Assembly: GCF_964355755.1 (NCBI RefSeq)
Contig: NC_092675.1
Span: 2,661,812 to 2,725,811, forward strand
Length of the DNA: 64,000 bases
Direction: 5' to 3'
Source: Antedon mediterranea
Lineage: Eukaryota; Animalia; Echinodermata
Part shown: positions 61,581 to 64,000 of the stretch, piece by piece
How the letters are laid out: each line of letters starts with the position of its first letter
How positions within the stretch are numbered: position 1 is the stretch's first letter
Notes under the pieces: generated by a model
What the model saw: only the letters and a program-made list of their open reading frames with translations
The model's database searches: none
What the model was told of the DNA's origin: nothing
Program-made: the position numbers and the translations under genes

Positions 61581-63130
61581 TAGCACCAGAAATCTTTAGT
61601 TATCATAATCAAAGATCTTCATCACTGTAACCAACATTAGCACGGCTCAACTTGATATTTGATGTACTTTTACTAACAGTAACATCGTCGTCGTTTTCTT
61701 TATTATTATTAGTTGTATTCATTCTGTTCATATCACATTTCCCACTAGCTATTTCAACCCTGTTTCCCTTTCTCATTATGGTCACATCCCCTGTCAATTC
61801 AAATTCTTTGTTAATTCTTATTAGTATTTCAACCACCAACATGTACTCATCTTTTCTCTTCTGTATTTTGGTCCTTGCAACCAATTTGTTCAATACCCTT
61901 TGTAATTTGCCAGTTAATTCGTTTTGTGGTATCATGTCCATATAATTTGGTTTCCATGCCGATATTGGAGTGTTCTTTGTATTATTTCATAACCTCATTA
62001 TGAAGACGTTGCTATGGTTATGCATACATCAAAAGGTCATGAAGATATTTAGAGACGGTAACCTTGACAATATTATTCTTTCTAGTTTTTACGAACACTT
62101 TCTCTATTCATTCTTTTTATTTATGTTTTCAAATGTTCATTTTCCATAAGTACGTCGTCATTATTCCAAGTACACTTATTATTCTTACTTAGTCATTAAG
62201 CAAAAATTAAATTCAAACAAAACAGTAACAGGTATTAATAATGACAGAGTTTTCAATAGACAAATATTGACTAAAAACAATATAAAAACTATGAAATGTT
62301 TTTCCTCTAAAATTGGATTTTGTATAGTATGTTTAAACGTAGAGAAATTTGTTAGGGAAATATTTTTGAATTAAAATCGAATGGATATAAAAAATAAATA
62401 TACATTAAACAACTTTATTTAAAAAAAACTTAATTATATATGTTCTGTATGCTCCTATTAGCCAATTATCGATACAGTATCCACAGTATCATAGGTCAAT
62501 TGTGATACAGTATCACATATGTATCACATGATGCCTGTATCATAGACCAGAAGCCTAACAGGTGCCATATGTGACTCTGTATTACAGGTTTCTACCTATG
62601 ATACAAATAATAAAATGTGTTGATACAGTACACAGAATCGGTTGCTCATTTGCAGTGAGAAACATAAGTGATTGACATAATAACTGATAAGACTTGTTGA
62701 TTTCACCTTTCAAATTAGAAATTGCTGCTAATTAATCAATCATGACACCAACTTAATTAAACAATTAATGAATTTTCAAGTGCAGGTTGACAAACTAGAA
62801 TTCTGCTATGCTTTGTGTTCAGCAGAACATTTATGTTAATTAAAATATAAATTGAATTGAACTACAGTATCTTATTATACAACGTTCTAAATGCTTCACA
62901 TTTTTAGCCTCTCTCTCAGTTTGGTTGTTAATGTATACTTTGTTAAGTGTCACTGCCGTCCCCTGATCTTCAAACCAAAAAATCTTAGCATTTGATGTAT
63001 ATCGCAAGTGTACAGGAACAGGTCTTGTTCTAGTTATAACAGATTAATACAGATGATACAAATCACTTATTATAACAATGACATATCAGGGCTACCGTAT
63101 ATATATATATATATTTTATGATTTCTTTAA

Positions 63131-63286
63131 AGCTTTGTCTCCACTATCAAACTAGTTTGACAACAAAAGTGTGATGTGCCCAAATATGATAGGGATATAC
63201 CCAAATATGGTAGTGATATGACATCATCATTTCCATATATGGGCACATCATATTTTTTGTCACAAAGTTTGATAGTGTAGACAGCT
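63131..63286. mobile_element. PIF/Harbinger-type MITE copy
   Basis: AGCTTTGTCTCCACTATCAAAC...GTTTGATAGTGTAGACAGCT. Confidence 0.75.
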
Positions 63287-64000
63287 GTCAACAGACCAAG
63301 ATTTAAACAAGGTTTTCATCATCTAAATGTATCTACCAATTTTTGTTCTCCGTTTTAATTTATCATTTCATCTCCGTTTAGTACAAAGAGATTACTAGAA
63401 TAAGCTCAGCTTCAGTGTAATTTATTAATAATTCATTAATCTAAGTTTTAATTTATTTCATCTCCTTGGTGTGTTGTTTTAATTGTCCATGTTTTATTCA
63501 TGTGAAAACAAAACATCTGTTTCTTTCAACTATATATCCCAGAATACATTGATAAAATTGACCCTTGACACATGATGCTAGAAATAATCTTTTCAAAAAA
63601 ATATAGAAATTAAGATTTTCATGTAAAAAGCCTAAAAATATTGTATTATATGATAAGCAACTAAAGATGTATTGTCCCCCTGAAAAAATAATTCTTAAAA
63701 CAATTTTTGTTGAATATTTTAATGTAACATAGTTATCCACTTTGACCAAAAATTGGATCGGAAAAAAAATGTATATACCTGAAAAAAATGTGGTTTAAAG
63801 CAAAAAATAGTCAAATTGGTTGCCATCCAATGGATTTTTGGTTGAATTTCAAAGTCTGATTTCATTAATTTTCATTTTTCCTGTTTTTGGGGGACAATAC
63901 ATCCCTTTAAAGATTAGATTTACGTTTCAAATGTTATCATTATTTTTTTAGAAAGTTGTAGGGACAGAATACATGCCTATAAAAATTGTCTTTTCTAGGT

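Overview
AT-rich, intron-rich animal genomic DNA (inferred to be an invertebrate, probably a deuterostome). Three protein-coding genes are present. (1) The 5' half of spatacsin/SPG11 on the minus strand: 19 coding exons from 19261 down to 104, with one likely U12-type intron. (2) A TRIM-NHL gene (RING, two B-boxes, coiled coil, two filamin repeats, NHL) whose coding region is a single exon, 5290-7758 (+), nested antisense inside an 8.3-kb SPG11 intron. (3) Endophilin A (SH3GL family) on the plus strand from 38239, with candidate 3-nt and 12-nt microexons; I found no SH3-coding exon in the window. SPG11 and endophilin are head-to-head, and apart from about 390 bp the DNA between their ATGs is one 18.6-kb nested complex of non-coding foldback transposons (19506-38089). 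An outer element (GAGGTATATT...AATATACCTC) carries a 7.1-kb element in its left TIR and a 9.7-kb element in its right TIR. Each inserted element has a perfect 7-bp target duplication, the same asymmetric ends (GAGCTATAT / ATATACCTG), inverted arrays of about 100-bp units built on a CACTGTG...CACAGTG palindrome that co-varies with the element's own TIR, and promoter-like motifs at conserved distances from the ends. Further nested items include telomere-repeat-bearing hairpin modules, a 15-bp-repeat foldback element, a Penelope-type hammerhead and a Helentron-type HINE. All analysis was by eye; no database searches were run.
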